Shown here one piece after another: positions 1 through 7,583 of a DNA stretch of 16,000 nucleotides. The DNA comes from Actinobacillus indolicus (GTDB lineage: Bacteria > Pseudomonadota > Gammaproteobacteria > Enterobacterales > Pasteurellaceae). The position numbers were made by a program, and so were the translations under genes. The stretch is from the NCBI GenBank assembly GCA_901764975.1, contig CABFKH010000001.1, one strand, 5' to 3'. A model generated the notes under the pieces. The model was not told the origin of the DNA, searched no databases, and saw only the letters and a program-made list of their open reading frames with translations. The first letter of the stretch is position 1; each line of letters starts with the position of its first letter.

Positions 1-13
1 GGAAATGTTGATT

Positions 14-1849
14 ATGTCAAAATTCGATTCCAAACAATTTCTTGCCGATACACCACATAACTCCGGTGTTTATCGTATGTATGACGATAAAGGCACGATT
101 ATCTATGTCGGCAAAGCAAAAGATTTAAAGAAACGTCTGTCGAGCTATTTTCGTAGCACTCTTGCCAGCCGAAAAACTGAAGCCTTAGTATCGCAAATTG
201 CTCATATTGACACCACCATTACCCATTCGGAAACCGAAGCCTTACTGTTGGAACACAATTACATTAAGGAAAATCAGCCGAAATATAATGTGTTGCTTCG
301 TGATGACAAATCTTACCCTTATATTTTGCTCACCAAACACCAGCACCCACGTTTAGCCAGCTTTCGGGGAAGCAAAAAAATCGCAGGGGAATATTTTGGG
401 CCTTACCCAAATGCAGGGGCGGTGCGAGAAACCTTAAATCTGCTACAAAAATTGTTTCCGATCCGCCAGTGTGAAGACAGCTACTACAAAAATCGTTCTC
501 GCCCTTGTTTACAATATCAAATCGGGCGTTGCCTTGCCCCTTGCGTGGAAGGCATTTATTCCCAACGAGAGTACGATCAACAGGTGGAATATGTCCGCTT
601 GTTTTTACAAGGTAAAGATCAGCAAGTGATCGAACATTTGATTAGCAAAATGGAAAAAGCAGCGGAAGATCTGGATTTTGAAGCTGCCGCTCGTTTTCGA
701 GATCAAATTCAGCAGGTGCGAGCTGTCACTGAAAAGCAATTTGTATCGAATGAACGTCTAGACGATCTCGATATTATTTCGATTGCCTATCAACACGGTA
801 TCGCTTGCGTACATATTCTGTTTGTACGACAAGGGAAAGTGTTGGGTAGCCGAAGTTATTTCCCAAAAGTACCGAACCATACCGAACTTGCTGAATTAAG
901 CGACACTTTTATCGGTCAGTTCTATTTGCAGATGAACCAACATCGCACCATTCCGCATCAAATTATTATCGATTACCCCATAAGTGAAGTGGACGCCTTA
1001 GAAAAGGTATTATCGGAACAAGTAGGGCATAAAGTGAGCATTACCGATAAGGTGCGTGGCGAAAAAAGCCGTTATCTTGCTCTTGCTAAAACCAACGCAA
1101 TGGTGGCACTGACTTTGCAACTCAAGCAAGGCTCTCGTATCCAAACTCGTTATGAAGCCTTACAAGCGGTGCTTTCTTTGCCAAAAATTGCAAGAATGGA
1201 ATGTTTTGACATCAGTCATACGATGGGCGAACAAACGGTCGCTTCTTGTGTGGTGTTTGATGAAAATGGACCGTTAAAATCCGACTATCGCCGTTTTAAC
1301 ATTGAAGGTATTACAGGAGGAGATGATTATGCCGCAATGGAACAAGCCCTGCTCAAACGTTACGATAAACCGCTACCGCCTGAAAAAATCCCCGATATTA
1401 TCTTTATTGACGGCGGAAAAGGGCAGTTAAACCGAGCCTTAGAAACCTTTGCCAATCTCAAAGTGGAATGGGATAAATCCAAACCATTACTTATCGGCGT
1501 AGCAAAAGGCGTAGAACGCAAGGCAGGGTTAGAAACCTTGCTGATCAGCAAATGGGACAAGGAAATCCACTTACCGCCCGACAGCCCTGCGTTACATTTA
1601 ATTCAGCACATCCGTGATGAAGCACATAACCACGCCATTAGCGGACACCGTAAAAAACGGCAAAAAGCCTTTACCGAAAGCGGTTTAGAGGCAATCGCTG
1701 GCGTTGGAGCCAAACGCCGCCAAGCCTTACTGAAATATCTTGGTGGTATGCAAGGGGTAAAGGCGGCGACTTTAGAAGAAATTCAGTCTGTACCTGGGAT
1801 TTCAGCTTCCCTTGCGGAAACGATTTTTGATACATTACATCATGGTTAA
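14..1849 (+). CDS. uvrC: Excinuclease ABC subunit C (UvrC)
   Basis: N-terminal GIY-YIG motif ([29 protein letters not shown]). UVR domain ([14 protein letters not shown]). C-terminal endonuclease region and (HhH)2 ([16 protein letters not shown]). Full-length colinearity with recalled E. coli/H. influenzae UvrC. I chose the ATG at 14 ([10 protein letters not shown], matching the orthologue N-terminus) over the ATG at 5. GGAA at 1-4 is a possible weak SD. Confidence 0.95.
   Translation: MSKFDSKQFLADTPHNSGVYRMYDDKGTIIYVGKAKDLKKRLSSYFRSTLASRKTEALVSQIAHIDTTITHSETEALLLEHNYIKENQPKYNVLLRDDKSYPYILLTKHQHPRLASFRGSKKIAGEYFGPYPNAGAVRETLNLLQKLFPIRQCEDSYYKNRSRPCLQYQIGRCLAPCVEGIYSQREYDQQVEYVRLFLQGKDQQVIEHLISKMEKAAEDLDFEAAARFRDQIQQVRAVTEKQFVSNERLDDLDIISIAYQHGIACVHILFVRQGKVLGSRSYFPKVPNHTELAELSDTFIGQFYLQMNQHRTIPHQIIIDYPISEVDALEKVLSEQVGHKVSITDKVRGEKSRYLALAKTNAMVALTLQLKQGSRIQTRYEALQAVLSLPKIARMECFDISHTMGEQTVASCVVFDENGPLKSDYRRFNIEGITGGDDYAAMEQALLKRYDKPLPPEKIPDIIFIDGGKGQLNRALETFANLKVEWDKSKPLLIGVAKGVERKAGLETLLISKWDKEIHLPPDSPALHLIQHIRDEAHNHAISGHRKKRQKAFTESGLEAIAGVGAKRRQALLKYLGGMQGVKAATLEEIQSVPGISASLAETIFDTLHHG
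1162..1170 (+). repeat. Apl-type DNA uptake signal sequence core (ACAAGCGGT)
   Basis: Exact 9-mer ACAAGCGGT inside uvrC. The next base is G rather than C. Confidence 0.7.
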
Positions 1850-1850
1850 A

Positions 1851-1880
1851 TTGCATACATCAGGCGAATAATGCTATTAT
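1851..1880 (+). promoter_or_regulatory. Candidate sigma70 promoter for the fic-grxB unit, overlapping the uvrC terminator
   Basis: TTGCAT (1851-1856), an 18-nt spacer, then TATTAT (1875-1880). The -10 element lies inside the terminator stem. Sequence pattern only. Confidence 0.25.
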
Positions 1881-1894
1881 TCGCCTTAATTTTT
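1862..1894 (+). terminator. Rho-independent terminator downstream of uvrC
   Basis: Perfect 11-bp inverted repeat AGGCGAATAAT (1862-1872) / ATTATTCGCCT (1876-1886) with a 3-nt loop, followed by TAATTTTT. It starts 13 nt after the uvrC stop. Confidence 0.7.
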
Positions 1895-1921
1895 AAGGCA
1901 AATAAGTAAGGTAATCGCCTG

Positions 1922-3040
1922 ATGAGCAACCTAAACTACACTTACATTTGGCAGCAACCTGATTGGACGAACTGGCAGTTTGATCTTCATACGCTTTCCC
2001 CTTTACTGACAGAAGCTCATTATCAACAAGGATTATTACTTGGTCGAATGTTAGATCTAGGTATGCTAGAGCGAGAGCAAACCAATCTGCAATTTTTAAC
2101 TGAAAGTATTGTAAAAAGCAGTGAAATAGAAGGCGAAATACTTAATGTACAGTCAGTACGTTCATCTTTGGCAAAACGTTTAGGCATAGAAAGCGGAGCT
2201 TTACCCCCAACAGATCGCCATGTGGAAGGTGTCGTAGAAATGTTACTTAATGCTGTTACTTTCTATCAGGAACCATTAAATAAAACTCGCCTATTTGGTT
2301 GGCATGCAGCACTTTTCCCAACAGGTTACAGTGGCATCAGTAAAATTTGCGTAGGGCAATTTAGAGATGATAGTGAGGGGGCAATGCAAGTTGTATCTGG
2401 AAGCTATGGAAGGGAAAAAGTTCATTTTCAAGCCCCACCAGCCGAATGTTTAGAAACGGAAATAACCCGTTTCCTGAACTGGATCAACCAAGAACAATCT
2501 CTCGATCCTTTCTTAAAGGCTGCGATTGCACATCTTTGGTTTTTAACACTACATCCTTTTGAAGATGGTAATGGGCGCATTGCAAGGGCGATTGCAGATA
2601 TGCAATTAGCTAAAGCCGATAGTAGCCGCCAACGTTTTTATAGTTTATCTGCACAAATTCAACAGCATCGTTCATCCTACTATGAAATGTTAGAAGATAC
2701 GCAAAAAGGGCTCTGTAATCTGACCGCTTGGCTGAGTTGGTTTTTACAAATGATCATCGAAGCGATAAAATCTTCCCATAAAACCTTAGATAAAGTTCTG
2801 GTGAAAAATCGCTATTGGCAAGCATGGAAGAATGTTGAGCTCAACGAGCGACAACGTAAGGTACTGAATAGATTATTCGATAATTTTGAAGGTCATCTTA
2901 CTAATCAAAAATGGGCAAGTTTAACTAAAGTTTCTAGAGATACCGCTCTTCGAGATATTAATGATTTGGTTGAAAAAGGTATTTTACAAAGAACGGAAAA
3001 AGGAGGTCGCAGTGTTGCTTATGTTATCTCGCCATTGTAA
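1922..3040 (+). CDS. Fic family protein (class II, SoFic-like AMPylase: N-terminal DUF4172-like region, Fic domain, C-terminal winged-helix)
   Basis: Canonical Fic motif HPFEDGNGRIAR (H211 codon at 2552-2554). Upstream intramolecular inhibitory motif [ST]xxxE[GN] = SSEIEG (E70 codon at 2129-2131). The N-terminus YIWQQPDWTNWQFD is typical of the DUF4172-Fic architecture. The C-terminal LTKVSRDTALRDINDLVEKGIL looks like a wHTH. TAAGG lies about 10 nt upstream of the ATG. Confidence 0.9.
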   Translation: MSNLNYTYIWQQPDWTNWQFDLHTLSPLLTEAHYQQGLLLGRMLDLGMLEREQTNLQFLTESIVKSSEIEGEILNVQSVRSSLAKRLGIESGALPPTDRHVEGVVEMLLNAVTFYQEPLNKTRLFGWHAALFPTGYSGISKICVGQFRDDSEGAMQVVSGSYGREKVHFQAPPAECLETEITRFLNWINQEQSLDPFLKAAIAHLWFLTLHPFEDGNGRIARAIADMQLAKADSSRQRFYSLSAQIQQHRSSYYEMLEDTQKGLCNLTAWLSWFLQMIIEAIKSSHKTLDKVLVKNRYWQAWKNVELNERQRKVLNRLFDNFEGHLTNQKWASLTKVSRDTALRDINDLVEKGILQRTEKGGRSVAYVISPL

Positions 3041-3073
3041 TCTATTCAAAACAGTAAAAACAAAGGAAAACCT

Positions 3074-3715
3074 ATGAAACTCTATATTTACGATCATTGC
3101 CCGTTTTGCGTACGTGCAAGAATGATTTTCGGCTTGAAAAAGCTGGATGTCGAATTTATCACCCTATTGAATGATGATGAGCCAACCCCTATTGGTTTAG
3201 TCGGTAAAAAAGTCGTACCGATTTTAGTGAAGGATGATGGTTCTGCAATGCCTGAAAGTTTGGATATTGTGAAATATGTGGATGAAAACTACGGTGACAA
3301 ACTGCTTGCAGATGACATTCGCCCTGAAATCAATGAGTGGATTAAACAAGTTGGCAGCTATTACAACCATCTACTACTACCACGTTTTGTTCAGCTGGGT
3401 TTAGATGAGTACAAAACTCAAAGTGCGATTGACTATTTTGTGGCGAAGAAGACCGAATTTATCGGTGATTTTGCTGAAAATCTCGCTCGTTCAGCAGAAT
3501 ATATTGCAAAATTAACGCAAGATCTGACCGCTTTGGAAAGCCTTATCATTTCGCCTGAAGCTGTAAACGGCAAGCTCTCTTTAGAAGATATTGTACTGTT
3601 CCCAATGTTACGCAATTTGACTTGTGTGAAAGGATTAACCTTTCCGCCGAAGGTGAGAAATTATGTTGAGAAAATGGCTGAGTTGAGCCAAGTGAATTTA
3701 TACAGTCCAGTATAG
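3074..3715 (+). CDS. grxB: Glutaredoxin 2 (GST-fold glutaredoxin)
   Basis: MKLYIYDHCPFCVRARMIFGLK with a CPFC active site. Colinear with recalled E. coli GrxB (MKLYIYDHCPYCLKARMIFGLK..., LLLPRF, VNG.LS..DI.LFP.LRNLT). AAGGAAAA SD-like sequence upstream. Only 33 nt separate it from the fic stop, with no intervening hairpin. Confidence 0.93.
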   Translation: MKLYIYDHCPFCVRARMIFGLKKLDVEFITLLNDDEPTPIGLVGKKVVPILVKDDGSAMPESLDIVKYVDENYGDKLLADDIRPEINEWIKQVGSYYNHLLLPRFVQLGLDEYKTQSAIDYFVAKKTEFIGDFAENLARSAEYIAKLTQDLTALESLIISPEAVNGKLSLEDIVLFPMLRNLTCVKGLTFPPKVRNYVEKMAELSQVNLYSPV

Positions 3716-3723
3716 TCCAATAG

Positions 3724-3757
3724 ACAGGATAGCCAGCGGTTATCCTGTTTTCTTTTT
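3724..3757 (+). terminator. Rho-independent terminator downstream of grxB
   Basis: ACAGGATA (3724-3731) / TATCCTGT (3741-3748) stem with a 9-nt loop, followed by TTTCTTTTT. Confidence 0.65.
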
Positions 3758-3789
3758 ATGTAACTTTTGCAAATTTCTGTTGAAATCTC

Positions 3790-3798
3790 ACCGCTTGT
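3790..3798 (-). repeat. Apl-type DNA uptake signal sequence core (ACAAGCGGT)
   Basis: ACCGCTTGT on the + strand is ACAAGCGGT on the - strand. It is intergenic, just downstream of the grxB terminator. Confidence 0.7.
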
Positions 3799-3847
3799 AG
3801 CATTCTTCCGCTATAATTCTGCTAATTTTTTCTAATATAACAAAACA

Positions 3848-6025
3848 ATGACCCAAACAACCTATTTCGCCACCGCAGCGCGTGGCTTTGAAGAAATGTT
3901 AAAAACTGAACTTGAGCAAATTACACACGCACAATGCAAAGTGGCTCAAGGCGGTGTGCATTTCACCACAGATTTAAAAGGAGCATATCAAGCGTTATTA
4001 CATAGTCGCTTGGCTTCTCGTATTTTATTGCCTCTAATCAGTACGAAAATTTTTAGCGACAGCGATTTGTATGCGTCTGTGGTTGCTTACGACTGGCAGA
4101 GCATTTTCGATCCAAGAGATACCTTTTTCGTGGATTTTAACGGCACAAACCGTGAAATTCGCAACACACAATTTGGTGCAATGCGAGTAAAAGACGGCAT
4201 TGTCGATTATTTTGAGCGTAAAGGTTTTGCTCGTCCAACAGTAGATAAAATCCGTCCAGATATTCGTTTACACGCCTATTTAAACCGTGAAGAGTTGATT
4301 ATTTCTTTAGATTTAAGCGGTGAAGCTTTGCATATGCGTGGTTATCGTGAAGAAACGGGGAAAGCACCGTTGCGTGAAACCTTAGCTGCGGCGATTGTGT
4401 TGCGTTCGGGCTGGCAAAAAGGTTCGCCACTGGTCGATCCGATGTGTGGTTCGGGGACTTTGTTGATTGAAGCGGCTCAAATGCAAGCGAATATTGCCCC
4501 ACAAATTAACCGTATCCACTGGGGATTTGATAGTTGGAAAGGACATCAGATCGAACTGTGGAAAACAGTTTGGCAAGAAGCGAAAGAGGGGGAAATCCTG
4601 CCCCCCTCCGCCTTCGGCACCTCCCCCCGCGAGCAGGAGGAGGGAAGCAATGTGCTGTTCTTCGGTTTTGACCTTGATCACCGAGTGTTACAAAAAGCTA
4701 AACAGAATGCGAAAAATGCAGGGGTAGCAGATTTAATTCAGTGGCAACAGGGCGATGTGTCGGCGTTGAAAAATCCGATTGCAGAGCAGGTGGGGACGGT
4801 GATTTGTAATCCGCCTTATGGTGAGCGATTAGGTACAACCCCAGCGTTAATTGCGTTGTATTCTGTCTTTGGGCAACGGTTAAAACAGCAATTTGCAGGT
4901 TGGAATGCATCTATTTTTAGTGGCGAACCTGAATTACTGAACTGCTTACGTCTGCGTTCAGCTCGTCAATTTAAGGCAAAGAACGGACCGCTTGAGTGTG
5001 TGCAGAAGAACTATTTGATCAGCGAAAATGCAGACAAGCGGTCAGATCTTGATGAAAATCTGCAATTTAGCCAAAACGCACAGGTTGCCCCTGATTTTGC
5101 TAATCGCTTAACCAAAAATATCAAGAAGATCGAAAAATGGGCGAAACAGCAAGGGCTTGATGCTTATCGTTTATACGATGCCGATCTGCCTGAATATAAT
5201 TTAGCGGTGGATAGATATGGCGATCATATCGTGGTGCAAGAGTATGCCGCACCGAAAAATATTGATGAAAATAAAGCTCGCCAACGCCTGCTTGATGCGG
5301 TATCAGCAACCTTATATGTCACTGGTGTTGAAACAAATAAATTAGTCTTAAAAGTTCGCCAACGTCAAAAAGGGACTAATCAGTATGAGAAGCTGGCGAA
5401 TAAAGGCGACTATTTCTTCGTGAATGAATATGGGGCGAAGCTATGGGTGAACTTGACGGATTACCTTGATACAGGCTTGTTCCTTGACCACCGCTTAACG
5501 CGTAAGATGGTTGGTGAAATGGCGAAAGGAAAAACCTTCCTAAATCTGTTTGCCTACACGGGTTCAGCAACGGTTCACGCTGCGTTAAACGGAGCAAAAT
5601 CGACCACGACCGTAGATATGTCAAACACTTATCTCAACTGGGCGGAACAAAATCTTGAGCTGAACAATATTTCGTTACGAAATCACCGCTTGCATCAGGC
5701 AGATTGTTTGCAGTGGTTAGCGGATTGCCGTGAGCGTTTTGAGTTGATTTTTGTTGATCCGCCGACCTTTTCTAACTCAAAACGAATGGAAAACAGCTGG
5801 GACGTGCAACGTGATCATATTGCCTTGATGAAACAGTTGAAACGTATCTTAACGGCAAACGGCACTATCGTGTTCTCAAACAATAAACGTGGCTTTAAAA
5901 TGGATTTTGACGGCTTGGCTGAATTAGGATTAACGGCGGAAAACATTTCGCACAAAACATTACCGTTAGATTTTGAGCGTAATCCGCATATTCATAACTG
6001 TTGGATTGTGAAACATTCGGAATAA
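3848..6025 (+). CDS. rlmL: Bifunctional 23S rRNA (guanine2445-N2)/(guanine2069-N7) methyltransferase RlmKL
   Basis: 725 aa. THUMP region, then a SAM methyltransferase domain ([14 protein letters not shown] ... NPPYGERL), then a second C-terminal methyltransferase domain ([16 protein letters not shown] ... DPPTFSNSK). Colinear with recalled E. coli RlmL/YcbY. No obvious SD upstream. A TATAAT hexamer lies at 3812-3817. Confidence 0.93.
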   Translation: MTQTTYFATAARGFEEMLKTELEQITHAQCKVAQGGVHFTTDLKGAYQALLHSRLASRILLPLISTKIFSDSDLYASVVAYDWQSIFDPRDTFFVDFNGTNREIRNTQFGAMRVKDGIVDYFERKGFARPTVDKIRPDIRLHAYLNREELIISLDLSGEALHMRGYREETGKAPLRETLAAAIVLRSGWQKGSPLVDPMCGSGTLLIEAAQMQANIAPQINRIHWGFDSWKGHQIELWKTVWQEAKEGEILPPSAFGTSPREQEEGSNVLFFGFDLDHRVLQKAKQNAKNAGVADLIQWQQGDVSALKNPIAEQVGTVICNPPYGERLGTTPALIALYSVFGQRLKQQFAGWNASIFSGEPELLNCLRLRSARQFKAKNGPLECVQKNYLISENADKRSDLDENLQFSQNAQVAPDFANRLTKNIKKIEKWAKQQGLDAYRLYDADLPEYNLAVDRYGDHIVVQEYAAPKNIDENKARQRLLDAVSATLYVTGVETNKLVLKVRQRQKGTNQYEKLANKGDYFFVNEYGAKLWVNLTDYLDTGLFLDHRLTRKMVGEMAKGKTFLNLFAYTGSATVHAALNGAKSTTTVDMSNTYLNWAEQNLELNNISLRNHRLHQADCLQWLADCRERFELIFVDPPTFSNSKRMENSWDVQRDHIALMKQLKRILTANGTIVFSNNKRGFKMDFDGLAELGLTAENISHKTLPLDFERNPHIHNCWIVKHSE
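4586..4648. repeat. GC-rich, hairpin-forming block embedded in frame in rlmL (possible REP/MITE-like insertion)
   Basis: About 77% G+C over 4597-4648 by hand count, in an otherwise AT-rich gene. G/C tracts: G5 at 4588-4592, C6 at 4601-4606, C6 at 4623-4628. Complementary arms are GAGGGGG (4586-4592)/CCCCCTC (4602-4608), CCCCCCTCC (4601-4609)/GGAGGAGGG (4636-4644, 8 of 9 pairs) and CCTCC (4620-4624)/GGAGG (4636-4640), plus an inner GCC-TTC-GGC mini-hairpin. Confidence 0.5.
5034..5043 (+). repeat. Apl-type DNA uptake signal sequence (ACAAGCGGTC)
   Basis: Exact 10-mer inside rlmL. The extended ACAAGCGGTCAGATCTTG is identical to the copy at 9978-9987 on the - strand. Confidence 0.75.
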
Positions 6026-6028
6026 ATT

Positions 6029-6508
6029 ATGTTAGATATTGTGTTATATGAACCTGAAATCCCACAAAACAGTGGGAATATTATCCGCCTTTGTGCAAAC
6101 TGTGGTTTCCGTTTGCATATGATTGAGCCACTTGGCTTTGCTTGGGACGATAAAAAATTACGCCGTTCTGGGCTGGATTACCACGAGTTTGTCGATATTC
6201 AAAAATATAAAGACTTTGCTGATTTCCTTGAACGAGCAAAGCCGAAACGCCTTTTTGCTTTAACAACTAAAGGCGAGCTTAATCATAGCGACGTGCAGTA
6301 CGAGCTGGGAGATTTTTTGATGTTCGGCCCTGAAAGCCGTGGGATACCGAAAGTGATTTTAGACAGTTTACCGATGTCACAAAAAATCCGTATCCCTATG
6401 TGTAAAGATAGCCGTAGTATGAACCTGTCTAATTCCGTTGCTGTTGTGGTGTACGAAGCGTGGCGACAGTTCGGATATCAAAATGCAGTGCCAAGGCAGC
6501 CAATTTAA
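6029..6508 (+). CDS. trmL: tRNA (cytidine/uridine34-2'-O)-methyltransferase TrmL (SPOUT family)
   Basis: [54 protein letters not shown] is near-identical in pattern to recalled E. coli YibK/TrmL. C-terminal [20 protein letters not shown] also matches. The start lies 3 nt after the rlmL stop. Confidence 0.93.
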   Translation: MLDIVLYEPEIPQNSGNIIRLCANCGFRLHMIEPLGFAWDDKKLRRSGLDYHEFVDIQKYKDFADFLERAKPKRLFALTTKGELNHSDVQYELGDFLMFGPESRGIPKVILDSLPMSQKIRIPMCKDSRSMNLSNSVAVVVYEAWRQFGYQNAVPRQPI

Positions 6509-6510
6509 GC

Positions 6511-6542
6511 AAAAGCCCTTAGTGAGAGCTAAGGGCTTTTTT
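6511..6542. terminator. Bidirectional rho-independent terminator between convergent trmL and cybC
   Basis: AAAAGCCCTTAG (6511-6522) / CTAAGGGCTTTT (6529-6540) perfect 12-bp stem with a 6-nt loop. A-run on the left and T-run on the right, so it can function in either orientation. Confidence 0.8.
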
Positions 6543-6559
6543 ATGGAAGATATCAATCT

Positions 6560-6931
6560 TTATTTATACTTCTTATGGTAAGCTTTTTTGATTGGACCTA
6601 ACTGATTCAATACCGATTTCGCTTCATCAAGCTTACCTTCTTTTGCCAGTGTTTCTGCTTGCCCGACCATATCAATCACCTTTTGTAGCCCAGCTTGGTA
6701 ATCTTGGAACTGACTGTCATTTAAACCTTTTGGGCGAGCATTTTGAGATGCTTTTGCTGCTTCAATAAAGGTTGGTGTATGTTTTAAAAATGTTTCGCTA
6801 TCTGTTGCAGATGATAATACAGAGATCTGTTTATCCATCTGTTTCATTGATGTTTCAATGGAGTTAGCCAATACTGGTACTGTGATAGCTAAGATAGAGA
6901 CAGCAAGTAAAGATTTGAGTTTTTTGTTCAT
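6560..6931 (-). CDS. cybC: Soluble periplasmic cytochrome b562
   Basis: Sec signal peptide MNKKLKSLLAVSILAITVPVLA / NS. Mature N-terminal Met-containing helix (ETSMKQM, axial Met). C-terminal KAYHKKYK matches E. coli NAYHQKYR (axial His). Four-helix-bundle size. GGGAG SD about 7 nt upstream. Confidence 0.85.
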   Translation of the reverse strand: MNKKLKSLLAVSILAITVPVLANSIETSMKQMDKQISVLSSATDSETFLKHTPTFIEAAKASQNARPKGLNDSQFQDYQAGLQKVIDMVGQAETLAKEGKLDEAKSVLNQLGPIKKAYHKKYK

Positions 6932-6978
6932 GAAAGAACTCCCACAAGTAAATAAGTTAAGGGGTTAAGATTTCCACA

Positions 6979-7488
6979 TCAATGTGGAGACATACTTTTT
7001 AATACACCGTCTTTAAACACAAAGTGGTGAATTAATGCGGCTACTGCGTGAACGCCTGCTAATCCAATGAAAGCATTAGCAAATAATTCATGAAGATCGC
7101 CGATTTCTATGTCACTTGTTTCAAGAAATGACATATCCAAGAGGGGGAGATTCATTCCAAAAAGGATATAGCTATCTGTTTTCTCAGATAACGCTAATAA
7201 GCCAGTCAGAGGAATAAGAATCATGCAGAGATATAATGCCACTTGCACTAGTTGGGCAAGTAGGTGTTGCCATTGAGGTAACGTATGAACAGGGATTTTT
7301 TTCTTTAAGAAAAGACGAACAGGCAAGCGGATAAGTAGTAATAGAGCAATAAGTAATCCACTTACAGCGTGAATTTCACCTTCAAAGCCATTTCTAACAG
7401 GATTTCCGCCAGTAATATAGGCAATAACGACCAATACAGCCATTAGCCAATGAAGTGTGATAATTGAAATAGGGTAACGTGTTTGCAT
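6979..7488 (-). CDS. cybB: Cytochrome b561 family membrane protein (CybB-like)
   Basis: 169 aa with four predicted TM helices. Conserved His positions resemble E. coli CybB (ITLHW, EIHAVSG, LHELFAN, GVHAVAALIHHF). AGAGG SD upstream of the ATG. Confidence 0.85.
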   Translation of the reverse strand: MQTRYPISIITLHWLMAVLVVIAYITGGNPVRNGFEGEIHAVSGLLIALLLLIRLPVRLFLKKKIPVHTLPQWQHLLAQLVQVALYLCMILIPLTGLLALSEKTDSYILFGMNLPLLDMSFLETSDIEIGDLHELFANAFIGLAGVHAVAALIHHFVFKDGVLKSMSPH

Positions 7489-7539
7489 AAATAAGCCTCT
7501 TTGTAATTTTTTGCTTATTAGACACGATAAATCTTAAAA

Positions 7540-7553
7540 ATTTCTTAAGAAAT
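7540..7553. promoter_or_regulatory. Perfect 14-bp palindrome ATTTCTTAAGAAAT upstream of cybB (candidate operator or weak SulP terminator)
   Basis: The sequence is self-complementary over all 14 positions. It lies 52 nt upstream of the cybB start and 31 nt downstream of the SulP stop on the - strand. Confidence 0.25.
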
Positions 7554-7583
7554 AAAAAATTACCCTATTTCATAGAGAAATAT

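Noticed and set aside
2435-2442. An E. coli-type Chi octamer (GCTGGTGG on the - strand) inside the Fic gene.
   Set aside because: It is a single occurrence, and about 0.5 is expected by chance in 16 kb on both strands. The Chi sequence of this lineage is also not known to be the E. coli one.
3812-3817. A TATAAT hexamer upstream of rlmL, considered as a promoter.
   Set aside because: There is no acceptable -35 element at 16-19 nt spacing (CACCGC or TCACCG). It may still be a -10 element, but I cannot support a promoter call from the sequence alone.
4382-4727. Two overlapping ORFs inside rlmL: 4467-4727 (+), 86 aa, and 4382-4681 (-), 99 aa, with Pro/Gly/Ala-rich translations.
   Set aside because: Both are by-products of the stop-free GC-rich block inside a well-supported rlmL frame. 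They have no SD and only low-complexity sequence.
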